From Eledone cirrhosa (Eukaryota): a stretch of 64,000 nt of DNA. The notes below the pieces were generated by a model. The model was not told the origin of the DNA. It saw only the letters and a list, made by a program, of their open reading frames with translations, and did not search any database. This document shows, in pieces, positions 14,029-28,291 of the stretch (positions are counted from its first letter, which is position 1; each line of letters opens with the position of its first letter). Location of the stretch: NCBI GenBank assembly GCA_964016885.1, contig OZ024746.1, positions 63,798,001-63,862,000 on the forward strand, read 5' to 3'. Both the position numbers and the translations under genes were made by a program.

Positions 14029-14690
14029 CAGTGAATCTTCGCTTATCCGGACGGTCAAAACCAAACAGTTAGAAAAAGATCCGGTTAAGTGAAATATCCG
14101 GATAAGTGAATTCTAAAATCCCATTGTTACATAATTGTTTCTACTTTTGGCACAAGGCCATCAATTACCCAGTACATTACTGGTACTTTATTTTATCGAC
14201 CCCGTAAGGATGAAAGGCAAAGTCAACCTTGGCGGGATTTGAACTCAGACCGTAAAGGGACGTAACTATGCTGGAAAGCATGGCGTCCGACTCTCTACCG
14301 ATACTGCCAATCCACACCCGGTGTTACATAATGCTCATGGTTTCTAATGTTTTGGCGATACTGCCAATCCGATACTGCCAATCCGATACTGCCAATCCAC
14401 ACCCGGTGTTACATAATGCTCGTGGTTTCTAATGTTTTGGCTTCTTTTAGTCAAAATAAAAGACAAATGCTTAGTAAAGAAAGTTTATTAGAATAACAAA
14501 AGAACAGCTAGAATTTATAAGAAAATTAATTAAACAAACATAAGAATAACTAAAATCTTGGTAAAACCGAATTGAGTCAAACCATAAAAAGTTAGTACTT
14601 TTTTTAAAATGAATAAATAGTAGTATAGAAATAGCCGTCCGGTAAATCGAATTTCGGAAAAGCGATATCCAGATAAGGGAAGATATACTA
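14029..14690. mobile_element. pogo/Tigger-type MITE containing a SINE insertion
   Basis: TA+CAGTGAATCTTCGCTTATCCGGA at left, TCCAGATAAGGGAAGATATACTA at right (imperfect TIR); subterminal TCCGG.TAA repeats. Confidence 0.7.
14133..14320 (-). mobile_element. SINE family A followed by a local duplication of its junction (to ~14440)
   Basis: Family match; TSD TGTTACATAAT; repeated CGATACTGCCAATC and CCACACCCGGTGTTACATAATGCTC. Confidence 0.9.
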
Positions 14691-14844
14691 ATCTATGTAC
14701 TTGTATATATAAGTCACAGAAGCAGATAGGTCATATCTCTTCTTTTATTGTATACAATATTTTGTTTTCAGCCTTTGGCCTGTACATAGGTCATATGTTG
14801 TTTTTCTTGAATATTATTTACTGCTTTTGCACGTGCAGTTGCAT

Positions 14845-15922
<1,078 letters not shown>

Positions 15923-16023
15923 AATGCCTACTTTCCATAGTAGTTTGATGGGTCATCACATACAAACAAACACATACAAATACAATCTCTCTTAAACTTT
16001 ACCTGTTTCACCACAATGTCCAC

Positions 16024-16219
16024 CACACGGAGGAGAAAGCACCTTCTTCAAGACTTGGCTGTCAAATTCTTTCACATGTGTGTAGTAGTGGCGCCCACAC
16101 ACATTATTAGCTATTTGAAAAGATGATGGATTTCGCAACTAACTGCACCGGGGTTCCTGAATTCTGGGGCATGAGAGTGAGATCCGTCATCTCGACAGTA
16201 GTCGACGAATGAATGAATG
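16024..16219 (+). mobile_element. Short 5'-truncated non-LTR insertion with (GAAT)n tail
   Basis: 11-bp TSD ACAATGTCCAC on both sides; 3' hairpin TCGAC-AGTA-GTCGA before GAATGAATGAATG. Confidence 0.7.
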
Positions 16220-16516
16220 ACAATGTCCACATATTTAACAAGTCAAAAACTTTCAGTCACTATAATCCATCAAAAAATCTTCATCAGTTATTGTAAACCC
16301 CTCTAAACCAATTGTCAGGATGTTTCTTGAGCAAATTATTTACATCCCCAATTTTATCACTCAGAATATCCCAAGTTAGTGTTGTATTTTATCCACGTTC
16401 CTCCTTTTATTTATAATCTTCTTGTCATTTCTAAGAACACACCTCTCTATACATGATGATGCCTCCTTCATACAGCTTCTGTACATTAATGGACTTAATG
16501 TTATTAATTCTGAAAA

Positions 16517-16845
16517 CACGGCTTAGGGGTTAGAGCATTGGGCTTGCAATCGAAAGGTTGTGTGTTCAATTCTCAGACTGGGTGATGTGTTGTTTCCTTG
16601 AGCAAGACACTTTATTTCACATTGTTCCAGTTTACTCAGCTGTAGAAATGAGATGATAGGGACTGGGGTCCATATCATTCCACTGCAAAGTGGTCGTGGA
16701 GGGCCCACGGCAAAAAAGCACCCAGCACTCACTGTAAATGAGGTTGGTGTTAGGAAGGGCATCCAGCTGTAGAAATCAAGCCAGAATCAGTTCCTGTCCC
16801 ACCCTTGCAAGCAGGGAAAAGCGGATGTAAAAGGATGATGATGAT
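16517..16845 (+). mobile_element. CORE-like SINE (family B) with RTE-derived 3' tail
   Basis: tRNA-like head, CORE-like block, then GGTGTTAGGAAGGGCATCCAGC...CTTGCAAGCAGGGAAAAGCGGA...(GAT)n shared with RTE 3' UTRs in this window. Confidence 0.85.
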
Positions 16846-18136
16846 ACACTTTGACATGTAAGATACCACCCTTCATTCAGCTAAAACTTTCTGTACACAT
16901 GTATTGTTGTTGATACACAACCTAAACACCTTTCAAGAACAGAGACTTCTAATAAAAATGCTACGCACATCACACAAACTATCAAGAGAGTTTCTGCATT
17001 ATCACTTGACCTGCAGGAACAGTAGTGAAATCTCACTCAAATCCCACCTTGCCAAATAAGCAAAGGACACATTATATAATATAGCCCAAGCTGCATTTTC
17101 AAAAGACACAATAGTCATGACTGGAAGGTCTTTTATTATAGGTCAGTTAGATAAGAGTCCACCTGTGTCTAAGCAACAACAACAATCTATATTGATGTGA
17201 ACTTGTTCTGTTTGCTAATTTAAAGAACTGACCGGTTGTTCAATTCATTTTGTATGTGTGTTTTTTTTATATATTATCTCTTAAATAAAGTTTCATCTTT
17301 CAGGGTATTTCGTGTATTGATTGTGTTAGTGTTTACATGAATGTAGTGGAAGGATAGAATACAATTTGAATGAATGTATGAAAATAAAACTGTAGGAAGA
17401 GTTTTCAAAGGAAATATAATACAAAAGACACAATCATGAGAACCATAAAACAGGAATGATGCTGCAAGATAAGTAATCAAAACAGTTATAACATAAGACA
17501 GTAATATAGAAATACTAAAACCAGGCACTAAATATTATAATAACAATGTTCAACTATAACTTTCCTAAATAAAGAGCAAAAGTTGGTTGTAGTAATTTTT
17601 ATTATACTAATTGTAAAAATATTTATTTTTATATAATGTAATATAAGTTTGGAAATAAACAGAAATAATCCCATATTTTTACCTGTTTTATGTTGGGGCC
17701 ATTAATTGTTTGGGAAATGAACTTATCAAGGAGAAAATACTCCAAGCACCTCCATCCCTAATACCATTCTCTCATATACGTTAAGATCATTTATATTATA
17801 TATTTGGAAAGCTCACCATAATCCTTGATAAATTCATTCTACTCCCAACTGGTCTGGTACTTATTTTATTGATTACTTTTTTGTTGAACAGCTAAGTTAC
17901 TGGACATAAATACAAACACAGACACAAACGTAAACACACCACAGACATGAACGTACACACACACACATATGTAATAAAATGCCAATAAGTTTAAAAAAGC
18001 TGGTACAATGCAGCAGAAAGGGCAGGGAATGACAAACAAAAGAAGTAATGTTTTATCTAGTATATTTCGACATAATATTTCAGAGCTATAACCCTCTTTC
18101 CAAATGTAAGGCAGAAACGGTTCAAAACAGTCCAAA

Positions 18137-18401
18137 ATAAATGAGGTCGTGTAGGTGTCACGACAAAAGAACACACAGTCCACGCTGTAATGTGGCCATG
18201 TAGGTAACACGGTAAAAACCTCCCAGTCTACACTGTAAACATGGTTGGTGTTAGGAAGGGCATCCAGCCGTAGTAAACCTGCCAGACAGTCCTATACGAG
18301 TGAGACACAGTCTCCCGACCAATCTTGCCTCGAGTGGGACAATTCCCATCTAAACCCATGCTAGTGTGGAAGATAGACGTTAAACAATGATGATGATGAT
18401 G
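18137..18401 (+). mobile_element. RTE LINE 3' UTR fragment
   Basis: Matches the 3' UTR at ~21980-22238; (GAT)n tail. Confidence 0.85.
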
Positions 18402-18419
18402 TGTTCTTCCTTAATTAGC

Positions 18420-18985
18420 CTATGTATTTGAAATACACATGCATGAAATCGTTATAGTAGCCAATCTACTTCATGCATTTCCAATCTATCATTTATCCGT
18501 GTTTCTTTCTGGTTGATGATAATGGCATCTTTGATTCTTAAATTGCCCACATTCCTTTCTGTCACCGCTATGGTGACAGCTGTGGCATCTGTCAAGACAT
18601 TTTTTAACAGAAGAAGCTCTCATCATCATGTGGTCCTTGATTTCTGATGTACGAGTATCTACATTTTTTACATGTGACCTTGTAGACTACATAAGCTCTC
18701 ATGTACACTTCTGTGATGGGATAGTTAGGAAGTGTGCACATATTATTGTATGTAGGTTGGTGTCTGTGTAGCAATCTCCTTAATGAAGGTCCCGAGTGCA
18801 CCAGCCGTATATTCAGACCTTCCCTATGGATGGCTTGTCTGATGGCAGCTGTTGTCTTCTCATTGAAATGTAACAGCTTTAGGTAGCATATGTTATCTGT
18901 AGGGGTGCATGGCCTCCTTGTTTTTTTTAAGAGTTGCTGCCTTGGCATTTCAGTGTTTGGTGAGAGAAGTAGGGTAGCCATTTTT
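18420..18985 (-). mobile_element. Penelope-like element remnant (GIY-YIG endonuclease region)
   Basis: YLKLLHFNE...HSGPSLRRLL...VVYKVTCKKCRYSYI, then LRIKDAIIINQK..RINDR. Confidence 0.7.
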
Positions 18986-19124
18986 AGTGAGAAAAAAATG
19001 CCCTAGAAATGCCATATATCAATATGGCAACCATCAGCACTCCATCAGGAGTTATGGCACTATGCATGCATATATATATACATATATTATGCACAACACT
19101 ATCTTAGTGCTACTGCCAATTAAC

Positions 19125-19367
19125 ACACACACACTCACTATGACAGTCAGTCGATTGACTTTCGTCAAATCGAACCGAGGAAACAATGTTTCCGTTGGTC
19201 TTTCCAATTGCTAATACTATCTATCGGTCGCAACTCCAGGTAGAAGGAGCAACGTGAAAAAAAGTGTCTTGCCCAAGGACATAACGCATTACCTGGCCCA
19301 GAAATCGAACTCACAACCTCTCGATTGAGAGTTCAATTCTCTTACCACTCAGCCACGTGCCTTCACA
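19125..19367 (-). mobile_element. CORE-like SINE variant with a different tail (diverged relative at ~62050-62265)
   Basis: GGCACGTGGCTGAGTGGT, GAGTTCGATT and CCTTGGGCAAGACAC on the minus strand. Confidence 0.75.
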
Positions 19368-19377
19368 ATATATATAT

Positions 19378-19712
19378 CATCATTTCATTTTACGTCCGCT
19401 TTTTCACTGCTTGCAAAGGTGGGACGGGAACTGATTCTGGCTTGATTTCTACAGCTGGATGCCCTTCCTAACACCAACCTCATTTACAGTGAGTTCTGGG
19501 TGCTTTTTTGCTGTGACACCTACACGACCACTTTGCAGTGGAATGATATGGATCCCAGTCCCTATCATCTCATTTCTACAGCTGAGTAAACTGGAGCAAT
19601 GTGAAATAAAGTGTCTTGCTCAAGGAAACAACACATCACCCGGTCTAAGAATTGAACTCACAACCTTTCGATTGCAAGGCCAATGCTCTAACCACTAAGC
19701 CATGTGCCTCCA
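19378..19712 (-). mobile_element. SINE family B with RTE tail
   Basis: Near-identical to 16517-16845, 58638-58963 and 63320-63668. Confidence 0.9.
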
Positions 19713-19734
19713 TATATATATATGTATATATATG

Positions 19735-20483
19735 TATATATATACGTACATACATATATGTATACAGACGTACAGTAGTATGTATATATATATATATACA
19801 TACATGCACACATATATATATGTACGTATGGATTCACCGAACATTTATTATAATGCTCGGTGTGTTTGTAAACAAACATCCTGAATTAAGCCGTACAGTG
19901 TCTAGCAACCATCGTTGCTCATTTGTTCAACACTGACAAAGGAACGCTGTACTAGTTTCAAGCTTATTAGCTATTGTCAGCAACGTATACCTTCCTGCCA
20001 GATGATTGAACATCTGAAAGTATATACTTTCCTTATGCATATTAACGGCTGAGCAGCCTAATTTGCATATCGAGTGAGTTAATCGGCCGGGCGCACCGAA
20101 AACGATAAACGGAAAAAATGAAACGAAATTTCATTTCTCACTCTTAATTCAATCATCTGGCAGGAAGGTATACGTTGCTAACGATAGCTAATAAGCTTGA
20201 AACTAGTACAGCGTTCTTTTGTCAGTGTTGAACAAATGAGCAACGATGGTTGCTAGACACTGTACGGCTTAATTCAGGATGTTTGTTTACAAACACACCG
20301 AGCATTATAATAAATGTTTAGTGAATCCATACGTACATATATATATGTGTGCATGTATGTATATATATATACATACTATTGTACGTCTGTATACATATAT
20401 GTATGTACGTGTACATACTTATATTTAAGTAACAGCCGTACTAAGAGTGAGAAATGAAATTTCGTTTCATTTTTTCCGTTTAT
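19735..20483. mobile_element. Fold-back element (Penelope pLTR-like) with a degenerate hammerhead in each arm
   Basis: ~19740-20010 inverted at ~20148-20415; second inverted pair ~20105-20146/20442-20483; hammerhead motif at 20173-20213 (+) and 19945-19985 (-). Confidence 0.75.
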
Positions 20484-20754
20484 ATATATATGTATATATA
20501 TATATATATATTCATTAGTATATATATATATATTCATTAGTATATATATATATATATATTCATTAGTATATATATATATATTCATTAGTTAAGCAAAACA
20601 ATACCACAAATTTCACAAGGAAGACATTATTAAAAGATTGTCAACATATTTTAGTTTGATGTAAGGAATGCAGAGAATAATAATAATAATATTAATAATA
20701 TTAATAATAATAATGTCCGTTTACAATTGTTTCGCTACTCCATATAATGTTTCT

Positions 20755-21117
20755 GGATTGGCAGTATCGGTAGAGGGTCAGACACCATGCTTTCCAGCAT
20801 AGTTACGTCCCTTTACGATCTGAGTTCAAATCCCGCCGAGGTTGACTTTGCCTTTCATCCTTACGGGGTCGATAAAATAAAGTACCAGTAATGCACTGGG
20901 TAATTGCTGGCCTTGTGCCTAAAGTAGAAACAATTTAAGGGCGGTGGATTGGCAGTATCGGTAGAGGGTCGGACGCCATGCTTTCCAGCATAGTTACGTC
21001 CCTTTACGATCTGAGTTCAAATCCCGCCGAGGTTGACTTTGCCTTTCATCCTTACGGGGTCGATAAAATAAAGTACCAGTAATGCACTGGCCTTGTGCCT
21101 AAAGTAGAAACAATTAT
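20755..21117 (+). mobile_element. Two head-to-tail SINE family A copies
   Basis: 20755-20936 and 20937-21117 are near-identical; the second lacks GTAATTGCTGG. Confidence 0.92.
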
Positions 21118-21185
21118 TGATCTGGTTCAGTTGTAAATAATTAACATAGGTAAAACTATATATATATATATATAATATAGATTTT

Positions 21186-22238
21186 ATATGTGCTCTGGTG
21201 CAATAAGTAGCAGCAAATGCCCACAGAATACTAGCTCATTCCATTGCCCAGATGGTTCTATAGAAATAGTGGACACCTTCCGTTACCTGGGTGACAAAAT
21301 CAGCAGTGGTGGAGGGTGCTCTGAAAGTACTGTAGCTAGAGTCCGAACAGGATGGAAAAAGTTCAGAGAGCTTATACCACTATTGGCCGCTAAAGGTTTC
21401 TCTCTAAAAATAAAAGGCTGGCTGTATGATGCCTGCATACGAACAGCGATGTTACATGGCAGTGAGACATGGGCATAGTGTGCAGAGGATATACGCAGGC
21501 TGGAGAGGAACGAAGCTTGCATGCTCCGTTGGATGTGTAATAGTAATATACGCAAACGGCAAAGCATAAATGAACTAAGTGAGAAATTAGGAATAAGAGG
21601 GATCAGATGCTGTTTACTTGAGAGCAGACTACGTTGGAATGGTCACGTGATGCGCATGAAAGACGACAGCTGTATAAAAAAGTGCAGGGCGATCAAAATA
21701 GACGGTAGCTACGGAGCAAGCAGACCGAGAAAAACCTGGGACGACTTGATAAATTCCGACCTCCAACACTTACACCTCTCCAAGACAATGTCATTGGACC
21801 GAGATCTTTGGCGCTACGTAGTAATACAGAAGACCCGCCTTGCCTAAGTACAAAGCGAAACCTACAGTAAGTAGGCACCTCTTAACCAAAATACATCCCC
21901 GTCCCAACCCCACCCCCACCACCATCTACACCACCCCTTTCGATGTAAAGCTATGTTGGTATCACAACATCCAGTCCTAAATAAATGAGGTCGTGTAGAT
22001 GTCACGACAAAAAAACACACAGTCCATGCTGTAATGTGGCCGTGTAGGTAACACGGTAAAAACCTCCCAGTCCACACTGTAAACGTGGTTGGTGTTAGGA
22101 AGGGCATCCAGCCGTAGAAAACCCGCCAGACAGTCCCGAACAAGACAACCAATCTTGCCTCAAGTGGGACAATTCCCGTCCAGACCCAAGCTAGCATGGA
22201 AGATGGACGTTAAACGATGATGATGATGATGATGATGA
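21186..22238 (+). mobile_element. 5'-truncated RTE LINE (RT C-terminus plus 3' UTR)
   Basis: VDTFRYLGD...GWKKFREL...MLHGSETW*...MLRWMC...RLRWNGHVMR...RPRKTW; (GAT)n tail; flanked by (TA)n. Confidence 0.93.
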
Positions 22239-22249
22239 TATATATATAT

Positions 22250-22492
22250 ATATGATGCGCATGGAGGATGACCGCTGGGTAAAGAAGTGCCAAGAAATGC
22301 TAGTTGAAGGAACACACAGTAGAGGAAGACCACGAAAAACATGGGCGGAGGTGGTGAGAGCAGACCTCAGATCGCTGAAGCTCACGGTGGAAATGACAAA
22401 GGACCTTGATAAGTGGAGAGATGCTGTGCTGAATAGGACCCGTTCCACCCTTGCAAGCAGGGAAAAGCGGACGTAAAATCATGATGATGATG
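22250..22492 (+). mobile_element. RTE LINE 3' end, short-UTR subfamily
   Basis: MRMEDDRWVKKC...RGRPRKTWAEVVRADL; tail CTTGCAAGCAGGGAAAAGCGGACGTAAAA(TGA)n. Confidence 0.88.
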
Positions 22493-22588
22493 TATATGTA
22501 TGTAAAAGGTAAATAGAAATAACAACACAATCGGTACAGTATATGGAAGGAATATATTAGATTAAAACTTGAAATAGCAGGAAGAGGG

Positions 22589-22624
22589 TCTCAACGTTTC
22601 AGACGCTAGTCCTTCATCAGAAGA
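22589..22624 (-). ncRNA. Minimal type I hammerhead ribozyme motif
   Basis: UCUU-CUGAUGA-A-GGAC(UAGC)GUCU-GAAAC-GUU-GAGA; palindromic AACGUU stem III. Confidence 0.6.
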
Positions 22625-22744
22625 AAGAATGAGAAATTAGATAGATTGAAGGCATGGGCTGGGTGGAATTGGAAAATATGTTTTTATAGAAAAATAGCAG
22701 GTCCATTCATGTTGCCATCTCTTGTATACACACACACACAGACA

Positions 22745-22818
<74 letters not shown>

Positions 22819-23029
22819 AATACGCTATCTATCACTGATTTGCTATAACATTATTCCTTTTTCTTGGAATCCATGTTTTAAATAAGATAACACTAGATTA
22901 TTATAATATAATATATAATATATATATAATAATATAATATATAATATATAATATATATATAATATATATATAATAGCTAATGGTAATATAATATAAGAAA
23001 CTGTGATTTCTGCTTCTGCATACTCTAAC

Positions 23030-23345
23030 ATATATTCAAATTGATCAATATGTCAATGTGGAAGATGTCGAGGAGTTAATAGAATCTTATTTTAAAATTT
23101 TATCTGTTGTTGAACTGCTAGAGTAAGCTCAGAAATACATAAAAATGAATCTGAAGACCTTATTGTAAAAAATAGGGGTATCAGAAAGAATTCTTTCTAT
23201 TGAATTTCCCAGTAGCTTCATCACAAATTTACTGAGACTGTGAAAGGATTTTGAAATATATTAATCTGCTACTATGAACCATTTTGTAAGAAAAGACTCA
23301 AGAATACACACACATAAGATACATTCTTTGAACAGAAACCAATTT
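23030..23345 (+). pseudogene. Possible highly degraded pogo/Tigger transposase C-terminus
   Basis: VNVEDVEELIESY...VVELLE*...CYYEPFCKKRLKNTHT*DTFF resembles Tigger C-terminal motifs; many stops. Confidence 0.4.
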
Positions 23346-23835
23346 GGGAGGAAGAAGTACAGTTTGATATCTCTTCTCAAATACAGCATTTTCTATATTA
23401 TTTCTTATTGCCGCTTTACAACTTAATTAATGGTGAGTAAGCCTGCATTCTTGTGATTTCATTTGATTAATTTAAACGGGTTCATAATTATATTATAACA
23501 TTAGATCTTAAATAATTAAACGTGTTTTATAATTTTATTATAACTATGACATTAGATTATGCAAGGTTATCTAAATTATTAATTGCTTGAAGGGTGTGAT
23601 ACAGGTTTCTGGATATTTCAGTAATTTGGCATTGTCTATCATCTTCATTTGTGTCCGTATCACTTAAAAATAGCCTAAGCTCAGATCGTTATATATGTTA
23701 TATTCTAATGATCACATATAGCACTAATTTGTTTAACTCTGCAATTTCAGGAATGTATCTAGAACACTTTTCAAGAGGACTACTTTTCTTTCAAACATGC
23801 TATATTGAAATCATTACTAAAATCAGGTTTAATAT

Positions 23836-25665
23836 AACACATATGCACACATATACACATATCTATACACACACACATGTATACATTCACATATGTATAC
23901 ACACAGACACATATGTATACATACACATATGTATACACACACACACATGAACACACATACACATATGCATACACACACATACACATATGTATACATACAC
24001 ACACATATGCACACACATATGCACACACATACACATATGTATACACACATATACACACACATATGCACACACATACACATATGTATACATGGTGGCTGCC
24101 AACTCGTTTTCGAGTACGACCACTCCTTTATATCCATGTAGGAGAACCCCTACCGATGCGCTGAACGAGTGTGACTTTTTAGTCCAGCCAGCGACTTGAA
24201 AACTCTGGTACAAACACTACACTTGTGACAATTATTGACACATAGTGCTGGGCCCATGGTACCATGTGACGACAAGTGCAGAGAGATCTCCAGATATAAA
24301 GCAATGCCTGTGCCGTGAAGCTTTTATAGTGAGCAAAGGCACTGCACAAAGCCAGTCCCACTCTCTTAACCAAGATGATATTTATCAAAAAGAAGAACAA
24401 GTCAACATCATTGGATACCATCAGGGTTGCAGGTGTTATATCAGAGTTTTCCTTCTCCTAGAATTCTGCCTTGACAAAGGCTAAGGGGTCATCTCTCCCG
24501 GTGGTTTTGGATGGCCATTGACTCTTAAGAGCCCCTTTGCCCTTTGACAGGTTTTGTTTTTAGTCCTGCAGGATGTCCAAAGTCACCCTCCTCACCAAGA
24601 AGCCTTGGTGGGGTTGCCAGTTTAGTCGCCAACGACCCGACCATGAGACAGGTTGTACTGCGATACATGTTACCAGTAGCACCAACTGGTGACCTGACAT
24701 ATGTATACATACACATATGTATACATACACATATGTATACATACATACATATATGTATACATACACATATGTATACATACACATATGTATACATACACAT
24801 ATGTATACATACATACACATATGTATACATACACATATGTATACATACACATATGTATACATACACATATGTATACATACATACACATGTATACATACAC
24901 ATATGTATACATACACATATGTATACATACACATATGTATACATACACATATGTATACATACACATATGTATACATACACATATGTATACATACACATAT
25001 GTATACATACACACATGTATACATACATACACATGTATACATACACATATGTATACATACACATATGTATACATACATACACATATGTATACATACACAC
25101 ACATATACACACACATATGCACACACATACACATATGTATACACACATATACACACATATGCACACATATGCACACACACATGCACACACATACACATAT
25201 GTATACACACATATATGCACACACATATGCACACACATACACATATGTACACACACACATATACACACACATACACATATGTATACATACACATCATCAT
25301 CATCATCGTTTAACATCTATCTTCCACGCTAACATGGGTTTAGATGCATATGCACACACACACATATGTATACATACACACACACACATATGTATATATA
25401 CACACACATATGCACATACACATATGTATACATATGCACACATGCACACACATACACATATGTATGCACACGCATACACGTGTATATGCACACACATACA
25501 CATATGTATACATACACACATATGCACACACAAACACATATGTATACAGACACACACATGCACACACATGTACACACATACACATATGTATACATAGACA
25601 TATATGCTCACACATACTCATATGTACACACATACACATGTGCACACACATACACATATGTATAC
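23836..25665. repeat. CA/TA-rich compound satellite (16-bp unit ACATATGTATACATAC) interrupted by non-repetitive sequence at ~24090-24698
   Basis: Seen directly. Confidence 0.93.
24450..24698 (-). mobile_element. Putative LINE (RTE-type) 5' leader; diverged homolog at ~33505-33760
   Basis: Both copies share CCTTCTCC.TAGA...CAAGGCTAA...CAGGATGTC.AAA.TCA.CCT.CTCACCAAG...CAGTAGCAC...GTGACCTGAC; RTE assignment is from recall. Confidence 0.5.
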
Positions 25666-26121
25666 ACCATAAAAAGGTGCAGAGCACTAGAAGTCGATGG
25701 AAGCCGCGGAGTGGGGAGACCCAAGAAGACCTGGGATGAGGTGATAAAAGCCGACCTTATCCAATTACATCTCTCAAAGGCGATAGATAACACACGACTG
25801 TGACCTCCGGCGTCACGCAGTAATACAGAAGACCCAACCCCCCACGGGTACAAGCCGAAGCTGAAGCATATAGACAATATGCCCCCACACCCTCCCACTG
25901 TAAAGTGGACGTGTAGGCGCCACAGAAAAAAAAACACCCAGCACTCACTGTAAATGAGGTTGGAGTTAGGAAGGACATCCAGCTGTAGAAATCAAGCCAG
26001 AATCAGTTCCTGTATGAGCAAGGCATGGTCAGCTGACCGGACACTGCCCACAACAGGACAACCCGTCTAACCCATGCTAGCGTGGAAGAACGGACGTAAA
26101 ACGGTGATGATGATGATGATG
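25666..26121 (+). mobile_element. RTE LINE 3' end
   Basis: IKRCRALEVDGSRGVGRPKKTWDEVIKADL; UTR matches 56788-57215. Confidence 0.9.
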
Positions 26122-26141
26122 TTACACATATGCATAATTAA

Positions 26142-26325
26142 CCCTTTAGAATTCTCTCACCTCTTTCTGTTCAAACTGGCCACTCATACTGATGTTAAGG
26201 TATTGTTCTCAAAATAGATAATATCAAAATCTCATAGAATTGATATTATGTGATATATTGCGTGAGATAAAGCCTCTACCGTAAAAATACAATAGTATAG
26301 ATAGAGTAATGCAAATGCTAAAGGG
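26142..26325. mobile_element. TTAA-flanked (piggyBac-type) MITE
   Basis: TTAA-CCCTTTAG...GCTAAAGGG-TTAA; homolog at 39750-39969. Confidence 0.8.
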
Positions 26326-27564
26326 TTAAAGGTGACAACAAAAGGCCTATTAAAATAGGAAAGATCGTTGAAAACATAATTGAACCTTGAGTTGCAAAGT
26401 GGTCGTGGAGGTGCCACGGCAAAAAAGCACCCAGCCCACACTGTAAAGTGGACGTGTAGGTGCCACAGAAAAAAAAACACGCAATATATCACATAATTGA
26501 ACAAATGAGTTGATTTTATAAAGAGGATGAGAGAAAACTGATGACAAACATGAAAATAGAGTCATCAGACAAAAAACTTTCTATTCAGAAAATGATGAGT
26601 GTGTTGAGTCCATATGCTGACAGAAAATTTGTACATTATTCTATGTACTATACATGCACCTTTGATGAGTTGTAGTGCACCTGAGCACTGTACACAATAA
26701 TTTCATTATTATTCAAATGTTTTCTAGGAGATTCTCGTATCAGATATAATTGAAAGCTTTGTTGATGTTAAGAGCAACAGATATATTTTTGTGAAACGTT
26801 CAAAGACAAGAGACCAGTTGTGTGTGATATAAGTAGGTTATCAGTGGATCTGGCATGACAAAACTATATTGGTGGTCATTAAAGAGAGACACAGACTTGT
26901 TGTTAGTGAAGTGTTAGTTTACGATCATTTATCATTTCCATTATCTTTGAGATATTGGAATTAAAAGTGACAGCTATTCCTATTTCATTTACCAATCATT
27001 TATGATTGTATCAATTACATGATAATGATATCAAAGCTATTAGGAATATCCAATATTTCTTCAAACTACATATGTTTGAATAATGTGTAGAAGACTTGAT
27101 GAGAAAAGGTTCAGTAGAAAAGGAAAAAAATCTTAAAATTTGTAATTATTTTGAAGCTTTATCATCATTTTTAGAGATAAAACATTTAGAAATATTTGCA
27201 TCTACACAGATACATGTTTATACATCAGTTGTGTAGTAGATAATAGTATTTCTACCTTTACTTTATAAATAAAGTTTACGAGTTTGGTATTATTTAGGAG
27301 TAAGCCACTGTGATCTGAGACCAAACCAATCAAAACATTGCATAGGTGTAAATATTTTATTATATTTTATTTCTAAAGACGAGGTTAATAATTAGAAACA
27401 TTGTAATTTTGACACAACTTTTCTCTGACAAAATAATGAGTTAAGCCAGGAAAAAGCTGAATAAACCAAACAAAACAAAAAGCTAAATGACAAGAAAAAA
27501 AGAGATGTCTTTCTTAAATTCATGTCTTGCTTGAATTCAGTTTCATCATTATCTTGATCCCCAT

Positions 27565-27825
27565 CCTTTTTACATCTGCTTTTCCATACTTGCAAAGCAT
27601 TTCTTTATTGGAATCGTTTGACATCTTATTCATGAGCTCCAGCAATTTGAGATCAGCTCTCATCACTTCTGCCCAGGTCTTCTTTTGTATTCCTCTACTC
27701 TGGCTTCCTTCCACTGGGATTTCCTGGCATTTCTTTACCCAGCGGTCATTATCCATATGCAGCACATGTCCATATCAGTGTAGTTTTCTCCCTTGTATAC
27801 TACATCTTATTCCTTTTATATCTTG
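27565..27825 (-). mobile_element. Degraded RTE 3' fragment
   Basis: MLHMDNDRWVKKCQEIPVEG...KKTWAEVMRADL. Confidence 0.8.
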
Positions 27826-28254
27826 AAACAGAAAGCAAACAAATCTTTCTTGGATATGATACTGGTCTATTACCATGCAACATTCCCAGATGGTTTATTT
27901 TCTGTTGCTGACAGATGAACTGAGGCAATGTAGATCAAAGTGGTTTGTCCAAAAACACAAAGGTGAAGAGTATTATATAGATATTAAATTGTAATTTTAA
28001 TTTCATACTTGTTGGGTAGGGGATAATTTTTTCTTCTCTTTCCTCTCATGTGTCACATTATTTCAGACTATAGCCATAATTTCGTCTGTTTGTGCATAAC
28101 TTTGCTAAGACGAGTGAAAAACATACTCTGGCTTGGTCTATGTAGCTTCAGATAAAATCCAAAATTTTATCTTTCACAGAATATATTCATGACCACGTCG
28201 TGTGATATAAACAATCAAGAGAGAGAGAGAGGAATAGATGGATAGATAGATAGC

Positions 28255-28291
<37 letters not shown>

